From: Candidatus Hydrogenedentota bacterium
GTDB lineage: Bacteria > Hydrogenedentota > Hydrogenedentia > Hydrogenedentales > JAEUWI01
NCBI GenBank assembly: GCA_030432675.1
Contig: JAUIMA010000002.1
Location: 1 to 43,413, forward strand
Length of the DNA stretch: 43,413 bases
Direction: 5' to 3'
Shown here: positions 35,823 through 43,413 of the stretch, in pieces
Layout: each line of letters starts with the position of its first letter
How positions within the stretch are numbered: the first letter of the stretch is position 1
The notes under the pieces: generated by a model
Seen by the model: only the letters and a program-made list of their open reading frames with translations
Told to the model about the DNA's origin: nothing
Database searches by the model: none
Program-made: the position numbers and the translations under genes

Positions 35823-38225
35823 GTGCAACTGAATGTGTCGCCGAATATTGCCGAAGTCCTGGAAAAGGCTGCGGCAATCAGTGCCAACCAGGGAAATTAC
35901 TTTGTAGGCGTTTGCCACGTATTTGCGGCCCTCCTCGATTCTCCGGATAAATTGCCCGAATGTGTCCGCGAACGCCACATGAGTAACTTCTTCTCGGTGC
36001 AGCGAGAGACCAACCGTAAGCTGTGGCGGGGGCACGCGGCGGTGCCCTCGGGGGAGACCTTCTACACGCCCCGTTGTATCCAGCTCACGGCCCAGGCCAG
36101 CAAACTGGCCCAACGTATTGGTCATGGCGCGCCCGTGGCCGGGCACCTTTTGCTTGCTATTCTGAAAGATGATGTGTCGGCTCCCTCTCGGGCCATGGAC
36201 GCCTTGAAGCTGGATCGAACGGCCTGCGCCAAACAGATCCAGGCCGAGTTGGGCTTTATTTCTCCCCAGGCATTTCACAAAGTGACACCCCTGCCGGCCT
36301 ACTCCGACGTGCAGTTGCAAAACATTCCCGTCCCCAAGAGCGGAAACGCCCAGTCTGCCGCCGTGGGTGGCAGTGCCCCCCAACCTGAAGAATCGGTTAT
36401 TCCCATACCCGCCCAGTCGGGTCCTATGACCCGGGATTTGATGGAGGAGGCCCGTCGGGGGAATCTCCAGTCGGCAACGGGTCGTGACGACGAAATGTTT
36501 GAAATACTTCAGATTCTGAGTCGGAAGACGAAGAACAATGTCATGCTCGTAGGGGACGCCGGGGTGGGCAAGACCCAGATCGTGGAGGGCCTCGCGCTCC
36601 AGTTGGCGAAAGAGGGCAAAGAACTTGGCTTGCCCGATTTCCGTATTCTGGAGTTGAATGTGGCCGCCTTGATGACAGGCACCCAATACCGGGGCGCCTT
36701 CGAAGAAAAGGTGTTGGCGCTCATCGATGAGGTGAAGCGCTCAGAGAATTGCGTGCTCTTCATCGATGAAGTACATCTGATCATGGGGGCCGGTGCCAGT
36801 GATGGCGATGGCATGGATCTCGCCAACCTCCTCAAGCCCGAGCTGGCCCGGGGCGAATTCCGGTGTATTGGTGCGACCACGCTGCAGGAGTTCCGCAAAT
36901 TTGTGGAACGGGATGCGGCCATTGAACGTCGCTTTCAGATGGTGCGCGTGGAAGAGTTGTCGCCGGAGGCATCGCTGGAAGTGCTCAAACGCCTTCGGGT
37001 GACGTTGGAGAAGCATCACGACGTGCACATTCGTCGGCGCACCCTCCAGGCGGCCATCGACCTGACCGTCCGCTACATGCCCAATCGCAACTTGCCCGAT
37101 AAGGCTATCGACGTGCTCGACCAGGCGTGCGCCCGGCATCGGCTGCGCTCGCTCATGATGAAGAAGCGGCCCAGCCACTTCGACAGCGATCCCGATGGCT
37201 CTTCCGAACGTAGCGTGACGCCCCATTCGGTGCGCAAGGTTATCAGTCAGGTGACGGCCATTCCGCTGGAGCAACTCACGGCGGAAGAGCGCAAATACCT
37301 GGGTAATATTGAGCAGACAATCAAGCAGCAGCTCATCGGACAGGATGAGGCGGTGTCACGCTCTGTGTCGGCGGTAAAGAAATCGCGGGCGGGCCTGTCC
37401 GATCCCAATCGCCCCGACGCGACCATGCTGTTTCTGGGGCCGACGGGCGTGGGAAAGACCCAGTTGGCCAAACTCTTGGCCCGCTATCTATTCGGCTCTT
37501 CCAACCACTTGATCGCCTTCGACATGTCGGAGTATTCGGAAGAGCATTCGGTGTCCAAACTCATTGGGTCTCCGGCCGGCTATGTGGGCCACGAGGAAGA
37601 AGGCGTGTTGACGGGCGCGGTGAAGAATGCACCTTTTTCAATACTGTTGTTTGATGAAATAGAAAAGGCCCATCCGCGCATCTTCGACCTCTTTCTGCCC
37701 ATTTTCGACGAAGGGCGCCTGCGGGATGCCCGGGGCCGCGAAGTGGACTTTAAGAACTGCATCATCATTATAACCTCAAACATTGGGGCCGATTTGCTCT
37801 ATCACGCCGACTCGGCGGTGAGTCAGGATGCGCTGGTAGATGCCCTGCGATCTCATTTTCGGCCGGAGTTCGTGAACCGCATCGATCAGATTGTGCCATT
37901 CTATCCTCTACTCGCAGAAGATGTGCGGCAGATTCTTCGTCTCGAAGTGAATGCCCTGCGGCGACGGCTCCGAGAACAGAAAATTGGTATCCGCATGTAT
38001 CAGCGGGCCTACGAATTTATCGCACAGGAGGGGTATAGCCCCCAGTTTGGTGCCCGTGAATTGCGGCGCGCGGTTGATCGGCTTGTAGCAACGCCTATCA
38101 GCGAACGTATTATTGACGGCGATTTTCAGTCGGGCGACATGGTGGATGTGCTGTTGGAGGATGACGGCTCGCTGGTCTATCGCAAAGGGAAGCCCTCAGA
38201 GAGCGGTGTGAGGAAGGCCCAATGA
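35823..38225 (+). CDS. Clp/Hsp100 double-AAA+ ATPase with Clp_N domain, lacking both a ClpB-type middle domain and a ClpP-docking loop (ClpV-like architecture)
   Basis: 800 aa, GTG start after GGGAGG. Clp_N repeats. D1 Walker A GDAGVGKTQ and Walker B VLFIDEVH. D2 Walker A GPTGVGKTQ and Walker B ILLFDEIEKAH. Pore loops GTQYRG and GSPAGYVGH. Confidence 0.9.
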   Translation: MQLNVSPNIAEVLEKAAAISANQGNYFVGVCHVFAALLDSPDKLPECVRERHMSNFFSVQRETNRKLWRGHAAVPSGETFYTPRCIQLTAQASKLAQRIGHGAPVAGHLLLAILKDDVSAPSRAMDALKLDRTACAKQIQAELGFISPQAFHKVTPLPAYSDVQLQNIPVPKSGNAQSAAVGGSAPQPEESVIPIPAQSGPMTRDLMEEARRGNLQSATGRDDEMFEILQILSRKTKNNVMLVGDAGVGKTQIVEGLALQLAKEGKELGLPDFRILELNVAALMTGTQYRGAFEEKVLALIDEVKRSENCVLFIDEVHLIMGAGASDGDGMDLANLLKPELARGEFRCIGATTLQEFRKFVERDAAIERRFQMVRVEELSPEASLEVLKRLRVTLEKHHDVHIRRRTLQAAIDLTVRYMPNRNLPDKAIDVLDQACARHRLRSLMMKKRPSHFDSDPDGSSERSVTPHSVRKVISQVTAIPLEQLTAEERKYLGNIEQTIKQQLIGQDEAVSRSVSAVKKSRAGLSDPNRPDATMLFLGPTGVGKTQLAKLLARYLFGSSNHLIAFDMSEYSEEHSVSKLIGSPAGYVGHEEEGVLTGAVKNAPFSILLFDEIEKAHPRIFDLFLPIFDEGRLRDARGREVDFKNCIIIITSNIGADLLYHADSAVSQDALVDALRSHFRPEFVNRIDQIVPFYPLLAEDVRQILRLEVNALRRRLREQKIGIRMYQRAYEFIAQEGYSPQFGARELRRAVDRLVATPISERIIDGDFQSGDMVDVLLEDDGSLVYRKGKPSESGVRKAQ

Positions 38226-38809
38226 GTGCGCCCGATATGTTGGAAGTGATCAATGGCCCGGAAGACGGAACCGAGTTTCCCATCGCCCGTGCGCCCGTCA
38301 TCGTCGGTATGGACATGGGCTGTGAAGTCAACGTTCGACTGGACGAGAGTATCGACGCCTTTCATGCCCGGTTGACGGTGGTCTCCGATGGGTACCGCGT
38401 GCGCAAGATCCGCGGTGGCAAGTTGGCCGTCAACGGCAAACGAACCGGCGTCTTTCGTTCCCGGATTTTGCGAGAAGGGGATATCCTCGAAGTGGGCAAT
38501 ACGGAGTTGTACTTGCGTTGTGCCCCCGAGGGACTGGCGAAACGCAGCCGTGGTCTTCCGACAGAGAGTGACCTCTTCTGGACGTTGAAGACGATGGGGA
38601 AGCGTGCGATTCGGCTGGTGAGTTTGCGTCTCCTGTTTCCTCAGCACGCATTCGGTCGGCTGATTCGGTTTCTGGTCATCCTGTTTGTTGGCGCGGCAGT
38701 CGTCGGCTATTTCTGGCCGGACGCTGTAGGTCAGGCCCGTTACTACAGCAGTTACTACATTGGCCAGGCAATGCACCTGATTGGACAGCTCACCAGCGGT
38801 CCGGGATGA
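38222..38809 (+). CDS. FHA domain protein with C-terminal transmembrane anchor
   Basis: 195 aa. The ATG overlaps the Clp stop (ATGA, 38222-38225). FHA pattern: IVGMDMGCEVNVRLDESIDAFHARLTVVSDGYRV...GGKLAVNGKR...REGDILEVGNTELYLRC. C-terminal TM helix LIRFLVILFVGAAVVGYFW. Confidence 0.85.
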   Translation: MSAPDMLEVINGPEDGTEFPIARAPVIVGMDMGCEVNVRLDESIDAFHARLTVVSDGYRVRKIRGGKLAVNGKRTGVFRSRILREGDILEVGNTELYLRCAPEGLAKRSRGLPTESDLFWTLKTMGKRAIRLVSLRLLFPQHAFGRLIRFLVILFVGAAVVGYFWPDAVGQARYYSSYYIGQAMHLIGQLTSGPG

Positions 38810-38818
38810 GGTCGTATC

Positions 38819-39349
38819 GTGACGCAGGCATGTGATTTAGCGGAGTGGCGGCAACGCCTCGCGTCGTGGGATGGTAAATCGGCGAAGGAATTGGAAGCTT
38901 TTTACGCCCGTTATGGTGGGGAGGGCTATTTCGCAACCACCATTTTGGCGCTCAGCACGGAGCCCACGGCCGCCCAGCCTGCGGCTACGTGGTTGTTGAA
39001 ACGCCACCTGGAATCGGGCGCGACTTTATCCGCGGAGGAGGCCCTGGAGCTTTACGAAAGCGTAGCCCATTTTCGGGCGTCCTGGCCGGTCACCCTGCAC
39101 CTGCTCCAATCCATACCCTTTGTACCCATTCCAGCATCGTGCGCGGCGCAACTGGTAGACGTGCTTGTCGCCTGCTGTGCACAACCGGAAAAAATGGTGC
39201 GGGCCTGGGCATACAACGGACTCTACTTGGTCGGATTGCAGCATCCCGCCTATCAACGGCAAGTGACCTCACACCTGGCGCGTGCGCAGCAGGACGACGC
39301 ACCTTCGGTACGGGCCCGCATTCGCAAGCTTCCGCCCTTTCCAGCGTGA
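38819..39349 (+). CDS. Hypothetical all-alpha (HEAT/ARM-like repeat?) protein
   Basis: 176 aa, GTG start 9 nt after the FHA gene with GAGG upstream. Helix-rich, Leu/Ala-rich sequence with no recognisable catalytic motif. Confidence 0.5.
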   Translation: MTQACDLAEWRQRLASWDGKSAKELEAFYARYGGEGYFATTILALSTEPTAAQPAATWLLKRHLESGATLSAEEALELYESVAHFRASWPVTLHLLQSIPFVPIPASCAAQLVDVLVACCAQPEKMVRAWAYNGLYLVGLQHPAYQRQVTSHLARAQQDDAPSVRARIRKLPPFPA

Positions 39350-39358
39350 GAATGCCCT

Positions 39359-40879
39359 TTACTTGTTGGTGATTTTCGGCGGGAAGGCCTGACCCGGTTC
39401 CCGGTCGACGGGCTCCTGGCTCATACGGCTCCAATCGATTTCTCGGGTGATTTTGGTGCCCTTGGGTTGCTTCGCACGAAACGCGAGGTAATTTCGGAAG
39501 AGGACCCGGGAGAGTAAATCATCCGAAAGGGCCAGACCATTCAATGTTTCACCGGGGATGGCCGCCGACGTGTAGGTTTCCTTACTGAGCATATCCATGT
39601 AGGCCTGCAGTTGGGTGGGGGCCCAGTCGGGGCTCCTCCCGGGAATCATGACGAGATCGGAGGCAAACATGAAGCGCGTGGGGTATTTCTTGAAAATCCG
39701 CTGAAACTTGGCGGGATGCTTGGAAATATACAAGAGGCGCGGCTTCATGAAGTAATCACCAAAGCTGACATCGGAATAGAGATTGGGAAAGGTGTCGAGA
39801 AACTCTTCGAGCCGAAAGCTCTTTACCGATGACAGAATGAAGTGGGGCGCGATAATTTTCAGGTCGGGGTATTGGGTCAGCACCGCGATGAATTCCTGTG
39901 CAAACCCGACTTTGCCCCCGAAGGGGTTCACGTGGAAGGCCAGGGGTATCCCGTTTTCCTCGCACCAGGCGTAGAGGGGCAGCATGCGGGAATCATCCAG
40001 GGCCATGGTGTGAAACATGTATTCGTGCTCTTTGGTGACATATCCGTGGCCCAGGTAGAGCTTAACCCCGGTGGCACCCCGTGAGACAAGGTCCTGAATT
40101 TTTGAGAGCTTGTCGGGATCTTTCGGGTCGATGGTTGGCCAGGCTTCGAAGCGACCGGGATGGGCCTCAATAATCTTGATGAGTTCTTCGTTGTTCTCAT
40201 CATATTCCGTGAAGCCGTAGCGTTCGTTCAACGTGAGGGTGAACTTGGAGGTGCCCATGAGGCACATCTTCTGAATGCCTTTGGCATCCATCGCCTCAAT
40301 GAATTGGGGGGCCAGCTCGAGGGACGCAATGTGCTCATGCACGTCGATAATGAGGCCCTGCTCCTGCATAGCCGCGAGGCTCATGGGACCGGGATCGCCC
40401 CAGTCGGGTTCGACCGTTGCTGCCGACTCGGGGGTGGCGCTGTCTTCGGGGGCTTCGGCGTCGTCGGATGGGGCGGAGGTCGGCGTATCGGATACGGCGG
40501 AAATGGGCGAGGATTGAGAGGCCCGCCCGGCAAAAAAGACCGCCACAAAGCCCGCCAACACAGCGAGCGCTACGATGGCGGGGATGACGACATTGCTGGG
40601 CTCGGCCGTTGGTGTGTTGGGGGGATCTTCTTCTGGCGCGGTATTGCGCAGGTGCTGGGTGACTTCGCTTCGGGCGTGCTCGGTCGGCGGTGCGGTTGGC
40701 GGGCTCGGTTGGTGATCCGCAGGCAGCAAGGCGTCTTTCAGTGACGGGGTTTCCCCATAGGTGTCCCGGGGCAGCGAACGGTCCGGGGGCGTGTCCCGGT
40801 CGGACTCTTCGGGGAGTAGGGCATCTTTGAGAGACGGTTCGGGATCGTCGGGATTGCGTTTGTCGCGATCATCATGCAT
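39359..40879 (-). CDS. Membrane-anchored metal-dependent amidohydrolase (TIM-barrel) with disordered N-terminal tail
   Basis: 506 aa. About 95 aa of acidic/Pro-rich N-terminus contains a duplicated PSLKDALLP motif. Then a TM helix (VVIPAIVALAVLAGFVAVFFAG), a Ser/Thr/Ala-rich linker, and IIDVHEHI...GVKLYLGHGY...AFHVNP, typical of amidohydrolase_2-type folds. Confidence 0.7.
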   Translation of the reverse strand: MHDDRDKRNPDDPEPSLKDALLPEESDRDTPPDRSLPRDTYGETPSLKDALLPADHQPSPPTAPPTEHARSEVTQHLRNTAPEEDPPNTPTAEPSNVVIPAIVALAVLAGFVAVFFAGRASQSSPISAVSDTPTSAPSDDAEAPEDSATPESAATVEPDWGDPGPMSLAAMQEQGLIIDVHEHIASLELAPQFIEAMDAKGIQKMCLMGTSKFTLTLNERYGFTEYDENNEELIKIIEAHPGRFEAWPTIDPKDPDKLSKIQDLVSRGATGVKLYLGHGYVTKEHEYMFHTMALDDSRMLPLYAWCEENGIPLAFHVNPFGGKVGFAQEFIAVLTQYPDLKIIAPHFILSSVKSFRLEEFLDTFPNLYSDVSFGDYFMKPRLLYISKHPAKFQRIFKKYPTRFMFASDLVMIPGRSPDWAPTQLQAYMDMLSKETYTSAAIPGETLNGLALSDDLLSRVLFRNYLAFRAKQPKGTKITREIDWSRMSQEPVDREPGQAFPPKITNK

Positions 40880-41244
40880 AAGAAAAAACTGCCTGTTATG
40901 TTGGTCAACGGTTTACCCCGGTAGTATAGGCGAAAGCAGTGGTCGGATACAGCCCAATCGCCTTGGTCCTCAGGGCAATCGTACTACTATTTGGATTTAG
41001 CCGGGTCCCGTTTCGGACCGTACGCGGTCAACGGTGAAAACCCCGGGCGCACTCTGGGGTTTATTCAATCCTATTCAGAATATCACCGTTGAGTAGCTTC
41101 ATGGTCATGCGCGTGGAGCATAGGCAGCGATGAGCCTTCTAAAGTATACCCAAGGCGAGCGACCGCGCTCTCACTGCAGGCATCTCACGGAGTGGGATGG
41201 GTCCGGCGCTCGAAATTGGACGAATGCTACGGCTATCGTCCCGC

Positions 41245-43413
41245 TCAGTCCCCGTCCTCCTCTGCATCGGGGTCAATTACCAGATTCAGGTCGCCGAGTC
41301 CTTTTCCATGGGCACCTGCGAAATCTGCCGGGTAGGGCGTGTCTACGCCCTTGATGGCATGCCAGATAATGCGGTTGAAGGTGTCTTCGTCGGCCGCATC
41401 CACGTGGGTCAGGTCTTGGGCAAGGCTGGCGAGGGCCCACCGTTTCTCTTCATCCGCCAGGCTTGTGAGCTCGGGGTTCAGCTGGTCGAGGGGGATGGTG
41501 TTGGGCCGCGCAATATAAGGCGTGAGATCGGGCTTCGACGTGAAGCAGTCCCCCATGAGGGGCGACATGGCATCCCGCTGGTTGAGCGGCGGGATGGCCA
41601 GCATGCGGGCCATGGTGTGGAGCACCGAGGTCTGGTTATAGAAATGGCTCACCACCGATTGGCGCCGGGTGTAGGGACTGACCACAAAGCAAATGGAGCG
41701 GTGGCCATCCACATGGTCGAAGCCATTCTGGGGGTCATCTTCGATGACGAAGATACACATCTTCGGCCAGAAAGGACTCTTGCTCAGGCCCTCGATAATT
41801 TGTCCCAGGGCCAGGTCGTTGTCGGCCATGTGGGCCTCGGGTGTGGGTTGGCCGGGCTTGGTGCCCGAGGTGTGATCCTGGGGGAGGTAGATGAGGGTCA
41901 TGTTGGGGAAGGTTCCCTGCTCGGAAAAGTCGTCGAGCTCTGCGAGAAAGCGCTCCGCACGGAGCACATCGGGGATACGCATGTTCCAGCCGGGAAAGTC
42001 GGGCGAAGTGAATTGCTGGAGCCGCTCGATCCCGATTTTCTGCTTGAAGGTAACCGCTTCGCCGCCCGTCTTAAAGTCTTCGTAGACCTCAGTAAAAGTG
42101 GCTTCTGCGGGCACCGTCTCGGCGTAGTCCATCTCGCCGTAGTTGCGGAACGAGAGGCCGTGGGCGAGGACGTTGTCCCAGATGAAACCCGAAGAGGAAT
42201 AGCTCAGGGCGTCGTCGCCCCAGGTATAGCTGCGGGTAAAGCCGCCGAAGGATTTCTCCAGGTAATCGGTTACATTGCCTTCCGTCACCCAGGCATGGCC
42301 GTCGGCCGAGTTGACGCCGTTGCAGTAGAAATTGTCGAGGAGCACGAACTCTTCGGCCAGGGCATAGTGATTGGGGGCCACATCTCGCCCATAGAGGCAA
42401 AGGCTGGGGTCGCCGTTGCCCTGGGGAAGCTCGCCGAGAACCTGGTCGTAGGTGCGGTTTTCTTTCACGATGTAAACCACGTGATCAAAGACGGAGGCTT
42501 CGCCGAGATTCTCGGGGACGGGCACCGGGTTGGTGGTGCGATGACTCCGTTCCCACGCAGTCAGCACCTGGGGCGTGTTGCCCTGTCGGTGCACCGCTGC
42601 CGTGTGGCGGTCGAGTTGGTCAAGGGCGCTTTCCGGAATGCGATTGATGGTGCCGAGGAAATCGTAGACGCTGCGTCCGTCGTTTTCCGGTTTGTCCTTG
42701 CGCGAGCCCAGGCCTTTCACATTGGCCACGTAGAGGTTGCCGTCGTGCCAGGCCAGGCCGGCCGGATACCACGCGGTGGGGAGGAAGCCCGTGACCCGAT
42801 AGGCATTCGGGTCTTCCAGCGCGACGACCGCGATGGCGTTGTTGCCGCCATTGGCGACGAAGAGCCGGGATTCGTCGGCGTTCAGCGCCAAGCCATTGGG
42901 CGCACTACCAAAGGGCAACTTGGGGTCAGGGCGTACCAGCAATTCCTGGAGCACCGTGTGGGTCGTTGTATTCATCACGGAGACCGTATCCGAGTTGGCG
43001 TTGGCAACAAAAAGCCGACTGCCATTACGGTTTAACAGCAGGTCGGTGGGGTGGAGGCCCGTTGTGATTTCGGCTATCGTCTCACCCGAAGCCAGATCGA
43101 TGGCGGATACCGTCCCCGAGGCTCCGATACCCCGGTCATCCACCACGACCTCCGTGCCGGAGGAGTCGGCGGTGTGATCTTCGGCAGTGGGCCGTCGTCC
43201 GCCCCAATTGGATACCCACGCTGTGGCGCTGTCGGGTGAAAGGACCACGTCGTAGGGTGCGATGCCGGTCGGAATCGTTTCTTCCACCGTAGGAGTAGTC
43301 AGGTCGATTTTCGCCAGGGCGTTGTTGCGCGAAAGGGTGACCCACGCGTGGGTACCATCGGGAGTCAGCGCAATGCCCGTGGGGTGGGATTCGTCCGTAC
43401 CCTTGGGGCCGGG
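41245..43413 (-). CDS. Beta-propeller (YVTN/YncE-like repeats) fused to a PlcN/AcpA-type phosphoesterase domain; 5' end lies outside the window
   Basis: Repeats of the type LNRNGSRLFVANANSDTVSVM and LNADESRLFVANGGNNAIAVV. Phosphoesterase hallmark VVYIVKENRTYDQVLG. The frame stays open from 43287 to the window edge and still encodes propeller-like sequence (PTGIALTPDGTHAWVTLSRNNALAKIDL), so the GTG at 43287 is internal. Confidence 0.8.
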   Translation of the reverse strand, partial: PGPKGTDESHPTGIALTPDGTHAWVTLSRNNALAKIDLTTPTVEETIPTGIAPYDVVLSPDSATAWVSNWGGRRPTAEDHTADSSGTEVVVDDRGIGASGTVSAIDLASGETIAEITTGLHPTDLLLNRNGSRLFVANANSDTVSVMNTTTHTVLQELLVRPDPKLPFGSAPNGLALNADESRLFVANGGNNAIAVVALEDPNAYRVTGFLPTAWYPAGLAWHDGNLYVANVKGLGSRKDKPENDGRSVYDFLGTINRIPESALDQLDRHTAAVHRQGNTPQVLTAWERSHRTTNPVPVPENLGEASVFDHVVYIVKENRTYDQVLGELPQGNGDPSLCLYGRDVAPNHYALAEEFVLLDNFYCNGVNSADGHAWVTEGNVTDYLEKSFGGFTRSYTWGDDALSYSSSGFIWDNVLAHGLSFRNYGEMDYAETVPAEATFTEVYEDFKTGGEAVTFKQKIGIERLQQFTSPDFPGWNMRIPDVLRAERFLAELDDFSEQGTFPNMTLIYLPQDHTSGTKPGQPTPEAHMADNDLALGQIIEGLSKSPFWPKMCIFVIEDDPQNGFDHVDGHRSICFVVSPYTRRQSVVSHFYNQTSVLHTMARMLAIPPLNQRDAMSPLMGDCFTSKPDLTPYIARPNTIPLDQLNPELTSLADEEKRWALASLAQDLTHVDAADEDTFNRIIWHAIKGVDTPYPADFAGAHGKGLGDLNLVIDPDAEEDGD

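Noticed and set aside
35823-38809. Calling the Clp ATPase plus FHA pair a type VI secretion locus (tssH/fha).
   Set aside because: There are no tssB/C, hcp, vgrG, tssK/L/M or kinase/phosphatase genes anywhere in the window. Only the domain architecture is ClpV-like.
41037-41062. A hairpin AAACCCC-N12-GGGGTTT as the terminator of the phosphoesterase gene (minus strand).
   Set aside because: The stem is short, depends on A-U pairs, and sits about 180 nt from the stop. It is too weak to list as a feature.
43285-43287. The start codon at 43287 for the propeller/phosphoesterase gene, as listed in the ORF track.
   Set aside because: It is a GTG inside an open frame that continues to the window edge and still encodes propeller-repeat sequence. 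The gene is 5'-truncated by the window.

Overview
GC-rich bacterial chromosomal segment that is gene-dense and mostly housekeeping. I cannot assign a taxon from the sequence alone.

Gene order:
- A possible partial CDS end at the left edge.
- A tetR-linked tripartite RND efflux operon on the minus strand (tetR, adaptor, pump, NodT-type outer-membrane lipoprotein), with a lysR-family regulator upstream.
- A 570-bp non-coding region filled with phased CACGGAA heptad inverted repeats.
- purM, purSL and purQ. purSL is broken by a 1-nt frame change at a C5 run.
- A small membrane-anchored hypothetical, RNase D, a membrane PAS protein with a degenerate catalytic-domain-less histidine-kinase dimerisation domain, and a PFK-A family phosphofructokinase.
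- An AIM6/PLC-like phosphodiesterase and surE.
- A four-gene envelope module: a secreted LamG protein, an AlgI-type MBOAT, a fused tandem AlgX/AlgJ-like protein and a SIMPL-like protein.
- A sensor-less histidine kinase, icd and serA.
- About 600 bp of non-coding DNA, then a minimal nap cluster (napD, napA and a tetraheme double-NapB) and an mgtC-family gene.
- An ECF sigma/anti-sigma pair transcribed divergently from a ClpB/ClpV-like double AAA+ ATPase. That ATPase is translationally coupled to a membrane FHA protein and followed by a helical-repeat protein.
- A membrane-anchored amidohydrolase.
- A beta-propeller/phosphoesterase fusion that runs off the right edge.

I saw no tRNA, rRNA, CRISPR array, transposase or integrase.

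The candidates most worth follow-up are:
- the orphan ClpV-like/FHA/helical-repeat module beside the ECF pair
- the MBOAT plus AlgX-AlgJ-fusion O-acetylation module with no linked polymer synthase
- the napDA plus double-NapB tetraheme cluster with no quinol dehydrogenase gene
- the His-less, catalytic-domain-less kinase-like protein
- the heptad-repeat palindromic elements upstream of purM

All domain calls come from reading motifs by eye. No database searches were run.
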